A stretch of DNA of 64,000 bases from Candidatus Sulfopaludibacter sp. (GTDB taxonomy: Bacteria > Verrucomicrobiota > Verrucomicrobiia > Limisphaerales > UBA11358). Shown here one piece after another: positions 37,194 through 46,690 of this stretch; position 1 is the stretch's first letter, and every line of letters starts with the position of its first letter. A program made the translations under genes and the position numbers. The stretch spans positions 14,489 to 78,488 of the forward strand of contig DATJNM010000031.1 of assembly GCA_035508155.1 (NCBI GenBank), written 5' to 3'. The notes below the pieces were generated by a model that was not told the DNA's origin, ran no database searches, and saw only the letters and a program-made list of their open reading frames with translations.

Positions 37194-37820
37194 TCAGTAC
37201 GGGGCGATGACGTGGAACGCGTTCGATCTCACTTCTACGTCCAATCCGGCGTAGATGCTGTCTGCGGAAACCTGTTCGGCCGGGTGTGTCTTTAAATACT
37301 TGAGTTGCCCCTGTAACTCCGAAGGATTGTTGAATTTTCGTTCCGCCACGAGCCGCTCGGCCACGTCCCGGCGCAACCGATTTTCCAGGAGCGCGTAATC
37401 TTTGTTTGCCTGATTTAGATTACTCGTGGTCAGCGCAATTTGACCCGCGAGGCCGGCCACTTGATTGGTTAAATCCATGACTTGCCGGTTTAAAGTCTGT
37501 TTTTCCGATTCCGCCACCGCGACCTGCCGGGTCAGGCCGGCGATTTGGTTGGTATCGAGATCAACGGCGGATTGGGCTTCGGCCAACTGGTTTGAAAACG
37601 CCAGGGACGCGGACAGGCTTTCGTCGAGACGGTTGGACACGGCGAGGATCATTTCATTGCAACCGGTGATTTGCGCCTGTGCCAGCGTCAACCGGTTCGA
37701 GCAATCGGCCAGCGCACCAACATCGTTTTCGTGCTGCGCGTTATCACCCCGTTTCACAACGATCAACGAGATGACCAGGACGAGGCAGCCCAAAGCGAAA
37801 ATGCCCGACAAAAATTTCAT
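37194..37820 (-). CDS. Membrane-anchored coiled-coil protein
   Basis: ATG at 37820 (MKFLSGIFALGCLVLVISLIVV) followed by a long heptad-like Q/L/A-rich region. Confidence 0.65.
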   Translation of the reverse strand: MKFLSGIFALGCLVLVISLIVVKRGDNAQHENDVGALADCSNRLTLAQAQITGCNEMILAVSNRLDESLSASLAFSNQLAEAQSAVDLDTNQIAGLTRQVAVAESEKQTLNRQVMDLTNQVAGLAGQIALTTSNLNQANKDYALLENRLRRDVAERLVAERKFNNPSELQGQLKYLKTHPAEQVSADSIYAGLDVEVRSNAFHVIAPY

Positions 37821-38446
37821 TTTGTCAGCGCCGTCGTTGATTTGGATGCATTCATCGTCGGAAACTTGCAAAGGCGTAACCGTCCGGACAAGAATGGATT
37901 TGTTACGATTCCGTTACGCCCGGTTCCAACGTTGTTGCTGCGGATGGTTGGACTGCACCGCTGGCGCGCGCCCGACAACCAATCCGCCCATCCGGTTCTT
38001 CCGCGTAAAAACACAATAAACGCCAAACCCGCCAAGCACCTTCGGTCTGCGTAACACTCGGGCGCGGCAAGGCGGGACCAAGGATCGTGGCAGTACGTCG
38101 GAGCCGGCATCTGGTGCCGCCGGTAATTTTGAATCGCGCGAAAGTTGCGATGACACCGAAGGGGTTTTTGAAAAGGCCTTCCCTCAATTACTTCACGTTC
38201 TTTGCGCGAAACCCGCCGCGGCCTGGCGCCTGGGTGTTGAAATTTGCCGGGTGCGGCCTTTGGCGGCCACCACAAGCTCTGGATTAAGGACGCCATTTTG
38301 AACCTTCAACGTCTTCAGGAGGTGGGTTTTACCTGATATTCAGCCTTGCCAATCGGTATAATAATCCTAAATTATGTGCATATCGGTGGGGTGAGGCCTT
38401 AGCGAGCCGGCTTCCCGTGGAGACGTTCACCGCAACAACACAGATT

Positions 38447-39772
38447 ATGGCTTCGAAACTGTTAATTATTCAACCGTCGTATTACCAGTCGCGGAACAAC
38501 CGGACTCCGGTGAGAGTCCGCCACCGTCAACTGGTGACGTTGGTGTTGCCTTACCTGGCGGCGCTGACACCGCCCGGGTGGGACATCACCCTGGTGGATG
38601 AAATGCTGCAACCGGTGGATTTCGACGCGCCGGCGGACGTGGTGGCCATCACGACGTGGACGCTGCATTCCCACCGCGCCTACGACATGGCCCGGGAATT
38701 CCGCAAACGCGGACGCAAGGTCATTCTGGGCGGCCCGCACATCTACTGGCATTCCCAGGAAGCACAGGAGCATGCCGACGCCGTGGGCGTGGGCGAAGCC
38801 GAGGCGCTCTGGAAGACGATGCTAGAGGATGCCGAGGCGGGGCGGCTCAAACCGCTGTATCAGGCCTCGCAGCTCAAGGACCTGAGCGGTTTCCCCTTCC
38901 CGCGTTACGACCTGCTCAAACTTGGCGGATACGGCTTCATCAAGACCTTCGCCGTGCAGGCGACGCGCGGTTGCCCCCTGGCGTGCGAATTTTGTTCGGA
39001 GCGTCTTTATCTAGGCGGCGGCTTTCGCGTCCGGCCGGTTCAAGATGTGGTCGAGGAAATCAAGCGCCTGTCCTCGCGCAATGTTTTCTTTGCGGAAAGT
39101 AACTTTGGCATCAAGCGCAAGCACGCGATGGAATTGATGGAAGCCCTCCTTCCACTGCGCCTGCGCTGGTCCACCCTGTGGTCCATGAATCTGTGTTACG
39201 ACAAGGAGTTCCTGGACCTGGCCCAGCGGAGCGGTTTGTTGCACGTTAATATCGGCATGGAAAGCATTGACGGGCAGACCATCGCCAGCATGCGGAAGGG
39301 CCAGAACAAAACCGAGCGATACCATGTGGTCCTGTCCGACCTGCGTCGCCGGGGCATCAGTTTCTCGCTGAACTTCATTTTCGGTTGGGACACCGAAACG
39401 CGGGAAGTCTTCCCCAACACGCTGCGTTTCCTGGAGGAGGAGAAGGTGCCGGTAGCGTACTTCAACCTGCTCACGCCGGAAAAGGGCACTTCGTTCTACG
39501 AGCGGATGCGCCAGCAGAACCGGATTATTGACGAACACGAAATCGGGCGCTGGCCGGGCCAGCCCTGCCATATCAGGCCGCTGTATTGCACGCCGCGGGA
39601 ATTACAGGAAGACGTGCAGGGCATTCACCGGAAGTTTTACAGCCTGCCTTCGATGGTCCGCCGTCTGCCCTTGCCAGTCAAAACACCGGCGATTGCTTCG
39701 TGGATGTTGAATCTGTCGCAGCGCCGGGTGTCGGACCATTTCGATGGCGAGAACAACTTCACTTCGTACTGA
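38447..39772 (+). CDS. B12-binding-domain radical SAM enzyme
   Basis: N-terminal Rossmann-like B12-binding region (LLIIQPS..VAITTWT), the radical SAM cluster motif RGCPLACEFCS (CxxxCxxC), and NIGMES. The substrate is unknown. Confidence 0.85.
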   Translation: MASKLLIIQPSYYQSRNNRTPVRVRHRQLVTLVLPYLAALTPPGWDITLVDEMLQPVDFDAPADVVAITTWTLHSHRAYDMAREFRKRGRKVILGGPHIYWHSQEAQEHADAVGVGEAEALWKTMLEDAEAGRLKPLYQASQLKDLSGFPFPRYDLLKLGGYGFIKTFAVQATRGCPLACEFCSERLYLGGGFRVRPVQDVVEEIKRLSSRNVFFAESNFGIKRKHAMELMEALLPLRLRWSTLWSMNLCYDKEFLDLAQRSGLLHVNIGMESIDGQTIASMRKGQNKTERYHVVLSDLRRRGISFSLNFIFGWDTETREVFPNTLRFLEEEKVPVAYFNLLTPEKGTSFYERMRQQNRIIDEHEIGRWPGQPCHIRPLYCTPRELQEDVQGIHRKFYSLPSMVRRLPLPVKTPAIASWMLNLSQRRVSDHFDGENNFTSY

Positions 39773-40062
39773 AAGCGAACAACGATTTGAACACGGCGAA
39801 CCGGAGGGACGTGAGGAATGCCATCTCCAAAATCGGGAAAGCGCATCAAGCGTTCATACCGGTCCCCCGACAACAATTTCTACCGGCGCAAATCACAATA
39901 ACGCAGACTCGCATCCGCACACGGGCGGGCAATCCTCCTGCGGCTCTACCGGCGGTGACGTCTCTGCCGGCATCCCACCAATAGCTTTCCGCGCCGAAAT
40001 AATTGGGCGAAATATTTAATTTGCTTTATTGCAAACAGATACGAGACTAAACTCAGTCGGCA

Positions 40063-40491
40063 ATGGATTCGCTCTACCAGATCGTTTATACCAGCGTTGC
40101 CACCGCGCCTTTCAGCAGGGACGAGTTGATCGAGTTGCTCAAGGGCAGTGTCCGGAGGAACACCCGGGCAGGTATCACGGGTTTGTTGTTGTACCAGAGT
40201 GGCGCGTTCATACAGGCGCTGGAAGGCGAGAAGGAGGCGCTCATGGACCTTTTCGAAAAAATAAGCCGGGACCCTCGTCATCATCACATCATCCGCCTGA
40301 TCCAGGGGCCGATTAAGGAACGGTATTATCCCAACTCAGCCATGGCTTTTCGGGACCTGGACTCGCCCGAGTTGCGGCGTCTGCCCGGTTATAGCGAATT
40401 TTTGAACACGCCGCTGAACGGTGAATTGCTGGCGAAAAACATCCCCGCGTGCAAACGGTTGCTGTTGCTCTTCAAACAGAACATCCGCTGA
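40063..40491 (+). CDS. Short BLUF-domain (blue-light FAD) photoreceptor protein
   Basis: LYQIVYTS.. (Tyr), ITGLLLYQSGAFIQALEG (Gln), ISRDPRHH, and ..YPNSAMAF (Met kept, Trp position is Ser), aligned by eye to AppA/PixD-type BLUF. Confidence 0.85.
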   Translation: MDSLYQIVYTSVATAPFSRDELIELLKGSVRRNTRAGITGLLLYQSGAFIQALEGEKEALMDLFEKISRDPRHHHIIRLIQGPIKERYYPNSAMAFRDLDSPELRRLPGYSEFLNTPLNGELLAKNIPACKRLLLLFKQNIR

Positions 40492-40580
40492 CACCCGCCG
40501 ACGGATGGCTCCGAACCGCGGGCGGTATCGCTTCCGACCGCCCCTCGACAAACCGGGCAGGTCGGTTAGGTTGAGCCGGA

Positions 40581-41663
40581 ATGAAAGGTGAAGTGGCTTA
40601 CCTTTACGCGTTCGACGTGGCGAACGAAATCATCACGTCGCGGGTGGAGGAAATCCTGTCGGAAAAACCGTTTCCGTTTGAAATTCAGATGGACCGGACG
40701 TTGCCGAAGGACATGCCACTCTATAAACCGCTGGCCATCGAGCCGCATCCCTTGTCCGCCCGGTTGCTGGGGGCGCCCGTCCGCCTGCTGATTCGCGTCT
40801 ATGACGTCGGGGTGGTCACGGTGATGCTGCGGGCGGCATTTGAAACGGACACCCTCGCCGGCCTGGTGCCCTTCCACAATCCCAAGCTGGAGAACGGGCT
40901 GACTCTGGACACGGTGGCGCTGAAGTATTGTGCGGAAGTCTGCGACAGCCTTACGAATCTGCTGGTGGGACGCACGGAGTTTCCGTCGCCACCCGAGGCT
41001 TACACGGTGTTTTGTCTCACTGACCTCGCCGGCGCAGCGGACGTGAGCCGCTGGGTGGTCGAACAGCGGCGCGCAGTGGCGGGGCTGCTCACCGAGACGG
41101 CGCCGGACCGGTTGAGCGAGGCGCAGGTGGTCGAGGTGTTGCGCATCCAGCGCTCGTTCGAGAACGCCGACCTGGCAGTCATTGACTGGGATGCGGCGCT
41201 GGTGGTGGATTTGACCGGTTACGTGGACGATGTGTTGTATGCGCTGGAACTGGCGAACCTGCAACTGGAGGAGTTCCGCGTGATGGACCGCCGGCTGGAC
41301 GCGTACCTCGACCGGGCCTACGATGACCTGGAACGCCGGCGGCTGCCGTTATTTGGCGGAGCCTCCAAAACCCTGCGCCATCTGCGCCGCTTCCGCGTGG
41401 ACGTGGCGAAACTTGCTGACGAAGTGACGCACATCACCAAGTTTTTCGGCGACTGGCATCTGGCCCGTGTTTACCTGGGGGCGCGCGACCGGTTTTACCT
41501 CGATGAATGGCGCGCCAGCGTCGAGCAGCGGCTGGCCCAACTCGACAAACTCTACAGCGTCGTTCACGCCGAGGTGAACGAACAGCGGATGTTATGGTTG
41601 GAAATCGTCATTGTGCTCTTCTTCGCGTTGGACTTGCTGATTCTGCTGCGGACCGGACGGTGA
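40581..41663 (+). CDS. DUF155/RMD1-like protein with C-terminal TM helix (tentative)
   Basis: The pattern IRVYDVGVVTVML early on and the C-terminal MLWLEIVIVLFFALDLLILL after a long helical region resemble the RMD1/YagE (DUF155) family. The assignment was made by eye only. Confidence 0.55.
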   Translation: MKGEVAYLYAFDVANEIITSRVEEILSEKPFPFEIQMDRTLPKDMPLYKPLAIEPHPLSARLLGAPVRLLIRVYDVGVVTVMLRAAFETDTLAGLVPFHNPKLENGLTLDTVALKYCAEVCDSLTNLLVGRTEFPSPPEAYTVFCLTDLAGAADVSRWVVEQRRAVAGLLTETAPDRLSEAQVVEVLRIQRSFENADLAVIDWDAALVVDLTGYVDDVLYALELANLQLEEFRVMDRRLDAYLDRAYDDLERRRLPLFGGASKTLRHLRRFRVDVAKLADEVTHITKFFGDWHLARVYLGARDRFYLDEWRASVEQRLAQLDKLYSVVHAEVNEQRMLWLEIVIVLFFALDLLILLRTGR

Positions 41664-41776
41664 CACGACGGCGAACAGTTGGGCGGAAGCGCTTTGTCAT
41701 TTCCGCGTTTTGGTTATTCCTCAGCCAGTGACCTCAAATCGGCATATTGCCACAGCTCCGCAGACAGGACTGTGAT

Positions 41777-42154
41777 TCAATGTTCGTCCCCGTGATCACG
41801 ATCCCGGTCGTGGTCATGTCCGTGATTGTCATTGCGGTAACGCTCATTGCGGATGGCATGGTTGCGCCAATCCGGATGAAACCGTTCCCAATCCTGAAAC
41901 CGCGCCAGGCGGAAGGGCTCACAAGCGATCCACACATTGCGCGGTCCCAAATAGTAATAGCGACCGCCAACGACGCCCACATACTCAAAACCGTCCCAGA
42001 CGTAATAATCAGGCGCCACCACCTCCACGGTCACCGCCGGTGGGGGCGGCGCTTCCACCGCCACGCCACCGTAAGGTCGAACGACGCAGCCGGTCATCCA
42101 TGTCAGCGCCGCCAGGCTGCAAAAAACCGGCACAATTTTATTTCCATGAATCAT
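41777..42154 (-). CDS. Lipoprotein with His/Asp-rich C-terminal tail
   Basis: ATG at 42154 gives MIHGNKIVPVFCSLAALTWMTGC (lipobox). The tail is RNDNHGHDHDRDRDHGDEH. Confidence 0.65.
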   Translation of the reverse strand: MIHGNKIVPVFCSLAALTWMTGCVVRPYGGVAVEAPPPPAVTVEVVAPDYYVWDGFEYVGVVGGRYYYLGPRNVWIACEPFRLARFQDWERFHPDWRNHAIRNERYRNDNHGHDHDRDRDHGDEH

Positions 42155-42288
42155 AATGATCCAAACTATTCCTCCAAAATACACCGCTGACAAATAAAAA
42201 ATCGGCTGTTTTCAATGCTGCCGGCAATTGACACGCGCGACATCCTCTTAATTGATGACCGCCTTTTCCCGTCTCATCAGGGCATTCA

Positions 42289-42738
42289 TCACTTCCGGTA
42301 AGCAAAGACCGTCCCTTCATTGGTCATGGTAAAAGTGCTTCCCCCGATATGACCCATCGTCATACCCGCTCCTTCCCACTGCATGGTGAGTTCGGCTCCC
42401 TGTCGCGTGTAGGTGGCTTTCACTTCGCGGTTCATGTCTTTCTGGTCGGGAAGGGAAAAGGCGATTCGACTAACGCAACGACTGTCCGGCGTGATGATGA
42501 AGACTCCGGATCTGATAGTCAGCAACGTCCCTTCATGGGACAGGCTGCAAGGCAGGCTTTTCCCGCCCACACTGACCAGGGCATACACTCCGGTGGGATT
42601 AATGGTGGCGTTGCTGTCGGCTCCTTTTTTGCATCCGGTCCCGTCCAGCAACAGGCAGGCCGAGAGCAGGCACAGTCCCAGGAAACGAGGCAGTGCCGAT
42701 TGAAGTTGGAGGTTGGATTGGCAGAGTCGTGTTTGCAT
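42289..42738 (-). CDS. Small lipoprotein (beta-rich)
   Basis: Signal peptide plus lipobox ..LSACLLLDGTGC, 149 aa. Confidence 0.7.
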   Translation of the reverse strand: MQTRLCQSNLQLQSALPRFLGLCLLSACLLLDGTGCKKGADSNATINPTGVYALVSVGGKSLPCSLSHEGTLLTIRSGVFIITPDSRCVSRIAFSLPDQKDMNREVKATYTRQGAELTMQWEGAGMTMGHIGGSTFTMTNEGTVFAYRK

Positions 42739-42985
42739 GAAGCGATTTGACCTAATACTTGATCAGGGCGTTAATTAATAATTCTGTTGAGCACATCGAA
42801 GCAATCAATTCCACCCGCGCCGGCCGCGTGGGAAACCGCTTTTGCCGTTTCCCTCTCTCCGTTTGCTTCTATGAACGCGCATCGGATGGTGAACAGAAGT
42901 GCATTTTCCCCGGGGAACTGCACAGAACTCAGCGACCGGGGAACCGGGCTGGAAAGCTGGAAGTCTTGACAAATGGGTGGCCCGG

Positions 42986-43726
42986 ATGCATAGGCAAAAT
43001 ATGCACACAAGGAGCATTCTCATTCTCGGCTTGGTGGCCATGACCTCGAGGGGCTTGGCCGACGAAAAGCTGCCGACGTTCAAGGTGGGCGGCGAAACTT
43101 ACAGTAACGTCACCATCACAAAAGTTACGGCCTCAAACATTTTTTTTATTTCCAATCGTGGGTTGACCAACGCCGAATTAAAAGACCTCGATCCGGCCTG
43201 GCAAAAACATTTCCACTATGACCCGGCGGCGGCAACGGAACGAAAGCAGAAGACAGGCAATGCTCAATATCATTTTCGCGTCGGCGGCACCAACCAGCCT
43301 TCCAGCATCGCCGACGTGAAATCAGAGCTCGCCGATGCCATCGCCAAGGTGCAGGAGATCGTCAACCAGCCCGTGGAAAGCCTGCCCCGCAGGCCCGGCA
43401 TGAATGTGGCAACGTACAGCCCCGGCTGGTTCCGGCCCGGCGCCGAAAAACCTGACTTCAATCGGGTGGATGTCCGCAATACCCAGAAGTTTCCCTATGA
43501 CCGGAACGAATACGTCACATCGGACCTGAATCCGCAAGTCGTCTACGTTGGCCCGGAACTCGAATTTAATCCGATGACCAAATACTTTTACACGAACTGG
43601 TCCGTGCCGAAAAAGAAACTGAACGAGTCGGAGATGCTGGAAATCAACCGGCTCTATCGCATCATCGGCCAGGACGAGGACCAACTGGCCCGGCGGCAAA
43701 ACCAGGGGACGGCGCATCCGCAATAA
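42986..43726 (+). CDS. Hypothetical secreted protein
   Basis: ATG at 42986 or 43001 (MHTRSILILGLVAMTSRGLA) gives a signal peptide. Confidence 0.65.
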   Translation: MHRQNMHTRSILILGLVAMTSRGLADEKLPTFKVGGETYSNVTITKVTASNIFFISNRGLTNAELKDLDPAWQKHFHYDPAAATERKQKTGNAQYHFRVGGTNQPSSIADVKSELADAIAKVQEIVNQPVESLPRRPGMNVATYSPGWFRPGAEKPDFNRVDVRNTQKFPYDRNEYVTSDLNPQVVYVGPELEFNPMTKYFYTNWSVPKKKLNESEMLEINRLYRIIGQDEDQLARRQNQGTAHPQ

Positions 43727-44202
43727 AATCCGCGGCCGCGCAAGATTGGAAGGAAGCGCCTGTCGCTTCCCCCGTGCCGGGTACTGACGAAGCAGTGTCC
43801 TCCTGCCTCACCGGTTTTGTGGCAAGGGAGACTGCCGCGATTCAGGTTCAGGGTCGGACGACGCCAACCACGACAAGTTCGGAAGCGCGTGTCATGTTTC
43901 CCTGGGATTCCACCCCTCGCTGCGCCCATCTGACCCCGGAAACCCTGCAAATTGTCCCTTATTTCCCGGATTTCAGCCAGTTTGTGTTAATTTTGGGCAG
44001 TCCGTCAAAGGGATGACCTGGGGTGAAATCCCGGGGTGAAAGGAAGTAGCTATGGAAAAGTCATGGATGTGGATTTTTGTCGGCAGCACGTTGCCGACTG
44101 GCAGAGCGGCCCGTCAACGCGGTTGCCAGCCAATGCTGAAGCCCGCGAAGGGTTGCGTCTTCACAAACGTAAACTCAAACCAATAAAACCATTCTTATTA
44201 AT

Positions 44203-44730
44203 ATGAATACGTTTCCTTGTTTTGCCTATTCAGAATCGCTGCCGGACACAACACCACCGGCCCCGCGAGACGTTTCCCGGCCAGAACTGTCAACCGTCAA
44301 CGCGGGCAACAACAGCCAGGACCCGGTTTCACCTAGACGTTCGCTGCGCGTGCTTTGCATTGACGATGACGAGATGGTCTTGGAAAGCATGAACGATGTC
44401 CTCGCGCACTTTGGACATCAGGTGGGAGTGGCCCCCGGCGGAACGCGCGGGATAGAAATGTTCCGCGCCGCTCTTCTCCAAGGCGCGCCGTATGATGTGG
44501 TCATCACCGATATGAACATGCCGGACGTCGGTGGGTACGCGGTGGCCGGGATGATCAAAGCCGAATCCTCTGACACACCCGTCATTCTGATGACCGGCGC
44601 TGGAAACACCACGAGGGATGGCGGGCCCATGTCGGCTTCGGTGGACACCGTGGTCAGCAAACCGGTGCAAATGCAGGAACTGAACGACCTGCTCCTCCAG
44701 ATGGCCAGGCCGGCACAGGTTGAAAAGTGA
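44203..44730 (+). CDS. Stand-alone response-regulator receiver protein with ~45-aa N-terminal extension
   Basis: LRVLCIDDDEMVLES..YDVVITDMNMPDVGGY..PVILMTG. Confidence 0.85.
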   Translation: MNTFPCFAYSESLPDTTPPAPRDVSRPELSTVNAGNNSQDPVSPRRSLRVLCIDDDEMVLESMNDVLAHFGHQVGVAPGGTRGIEMFRAALLQGAPYDVVITDMNMPDVGGYAVAGMIKAESSDTPVILMTGAGNTTRDGGPMSASVDTVVSKPVQMQELNDLLLQMARPAQVEK

Positions 44731-45060
44731 TCTGGTTTTGCAGGAGGGAACCCGGAAGCCGGGTTTGGACAAGCACGGCAAAAACCCTGCTGCCGGTTTG
44801 CCGGGGTTTGACTTCATTGTCTTCAACGGGTTCCGGGAACATCCGCGAGCCTGGGATTGGATTGTCAAAGGGAACTTCGGTTTGTTCGATTGATTCCGTC
44901 TGCGTCCGGGCAGCCCGTGTCAAGTGACCGGGCGCCGGCGCTCCCGCCCGCTTGCGCCGGTTCCCGAACCGGTGTTTAATCCTTTCCCGACCGGCGTCTC
45001 ATTCAGCAGTTGAATAAAAACTCGGGGAACGCCGGTTCAAGTCGCCAAAGGGAATTATTG

Positions 45061-46014
45061 ATGAACACGACCAATTCGCTGCCCGACTCGCCGTGGGTAC
45101 TGGAGCACGACACGATTGTAGCGCGTATTTACAGTCATTTCGCGCATGCGGAAGCCTCCACCCTGACGCGCATTCTGCTTATCGTGGTGGTGGCCGTCAT
45201 CGTCCACGTGCTGGTTAAACTCACCCGGCACCTCAGCGAATGGTTCATCAATCAAAGCCAGGCCCAGAAAAATCCGCTCGGTTTCGTGACGCACCAGCCG
45301 AAATTCGTCACCCTTACCCGGCTGATTGTCAGCGGCATCACGTTTGTCATCTATTTCTTTGCCGTCGGTCTGATCCTGCAGGAATTCGGCGTCAACTTGA
45401 CGGCGTATTTGGCCAGCGCCTCCGTGCTCGGTCTGGCCATCAGTTTTGGTTCGCAGGGGCTGGTGCAGGACATGGTGATCGGCCTGACGCTGATTTTTTC
45501 CGACGCGATGGACATCGGCGATCTGGTGGAGATCTTTGGCGCGACGAGTGTCATCGGCCGGGTGGAGGAGATCGGGCTGCGATTCACAGTGCTTCGCAAC
45601 TTCTACAACCAGGTGGTGTTCATTCCCAACCGCACCATCGCCAACGTGAGCCGGTTTCCCTATGGCGGCGTCTATGCCTACGCCGACGTCCAGATCCCGG
45701 GTGGGGTGGACCGGTCAAAAGCTGTCTTAGCCGTGTCGAGTGTGGCCAAAGGAATGTGGCGGCAATTCGGCGCGATTATTTTAAGTGAACCGGTGTGGGG
45801 CGACGTGGAAATGGCGGAAAGCGGCGGGTGGAGCTTCGTCCGCGTCCATTTCAAAATCTGGCCCGGCCAGGGAAACCTGATTGAAACGACATTCCGACAA
45901 CAGATGGTCAACGCCATGAAAACCCTCGAACCCAATTACGCCGACTGGCAGGTGGCGGTGACTTATCGCGCGATCACCGCACCCAAAAAGGCAGACCTGT
46001 TCCCCGCCGGTTAA
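45061..46014 (+). CDS. MscS-family mechanosensitive channel
   Basis: TM helices, then LGLAISFGSQGLVQDMVIGLTLIFSDAMDIGDLVEIFG..GRVEEIGLRFTVLRN..VFIPNRTI. Confidence 0.88.
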   Translation: MNTTNSLPDSPWVLEHDTIVARIYSHFAHAEASTLTRILLIVVVAVIVHVLVKLTRHLSEWFINQSQAQKNPLGFVTHQPKFVTLTRLIVSGITFVIYFFAVGLILQEFGVNLTAYLASASVLGLAISFGSQGLVQDMVIGLTLIFSDAMDIGDLVEIFGATSVIGRVEEIGLRFTVLRNFYNQVVFIPNRTIANVSRFPYGGVYAYADVQIPGGVDRSKAVLAVSSVAKGMWRQFGAIILSEPVWGDVEMAESGGWSFVRVHFKIWPGQGNLIETTFRQQMVNAMKTLEPNYADWQVAVTYRAITAPKKADLFPAG

Positions 46015-46024
46015 GACGATCGTC

Positions 46025-46390
46025 ATGTTGCTGATCACCTCCAACAAGTCCAGGCAGTTGCTGTATCTCAGCTATATCGGCCGGGTACGACCGGAGGAGT
46101 TCCAGCGCAACCACGAGGATCTGATTGCGCGACTGGGGGAGTTGTCGGCGGGCTTTCGTTTGCTGGCCGATTTCAGCCAGTTGGAAACCATGAAGCTGGA
46201 TTGCGAACCAGAACTGGGCCGGATGATGGAATTGGTCGGGCGCGCGGGAGTGGATCTGGTGGTGCGGGTCATTCCCGACCCCAGCAAAGACATCGGGATG
46301 AATATCCTCACGGTCTTTCATTATCCGCATCGTCCGCGGGTGATAACCTGTAAGCGTCTGGCCGACGCAGCCAAGGCGCTCGGCCTTTAA
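46025..46390 (+). CDS. Hypothetical protein (possibly STAS/SpoIIAA-like fold)
   Basis: 121 aa, 11 nt after mscS. The pattern LLYLSYIGRVRPEEF..FRLLADFSQLE weakly suggests a STAS-like domain. Confidence 0.45.
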   Translation: MLLITSNKSRQLLYLSYIGRVRPEEFQRNHEDLIARLGELSAGFRLLADFSQLETMKLDCEPELGRMMELVGRAGVDLVVRVIPDPSKDIGMNILTVFHYPHRPRVITCKRLADAAKALGL

Positions 46391-46690
46391 GGAGGTATTT
46401 CGGGGCATGTCCCGGGATAACATCCAGGGCCTCGCGGATCAAATGAACCGGGAGGGCAACCGCACCACCACCCTTTGATGCAGGGCCGGAGCTGGGTGTC
46501 CATGCTGAGAATATGTCCCTCGATCCATGAGCCGAGCCTTTGATGCAGGTTCTGCAAAAACCAAACGAGCCGTGGCCGGCCGGCACCGGGGTCCCGGTCG
46601 GGCGTTGCTGAACCTTGCCGACATTTCTTGACCCGCTGCCAGCCAACCGGTATTTGTCCATCCGTGGCTGGCGACGCTCAAGTCGTTGAT

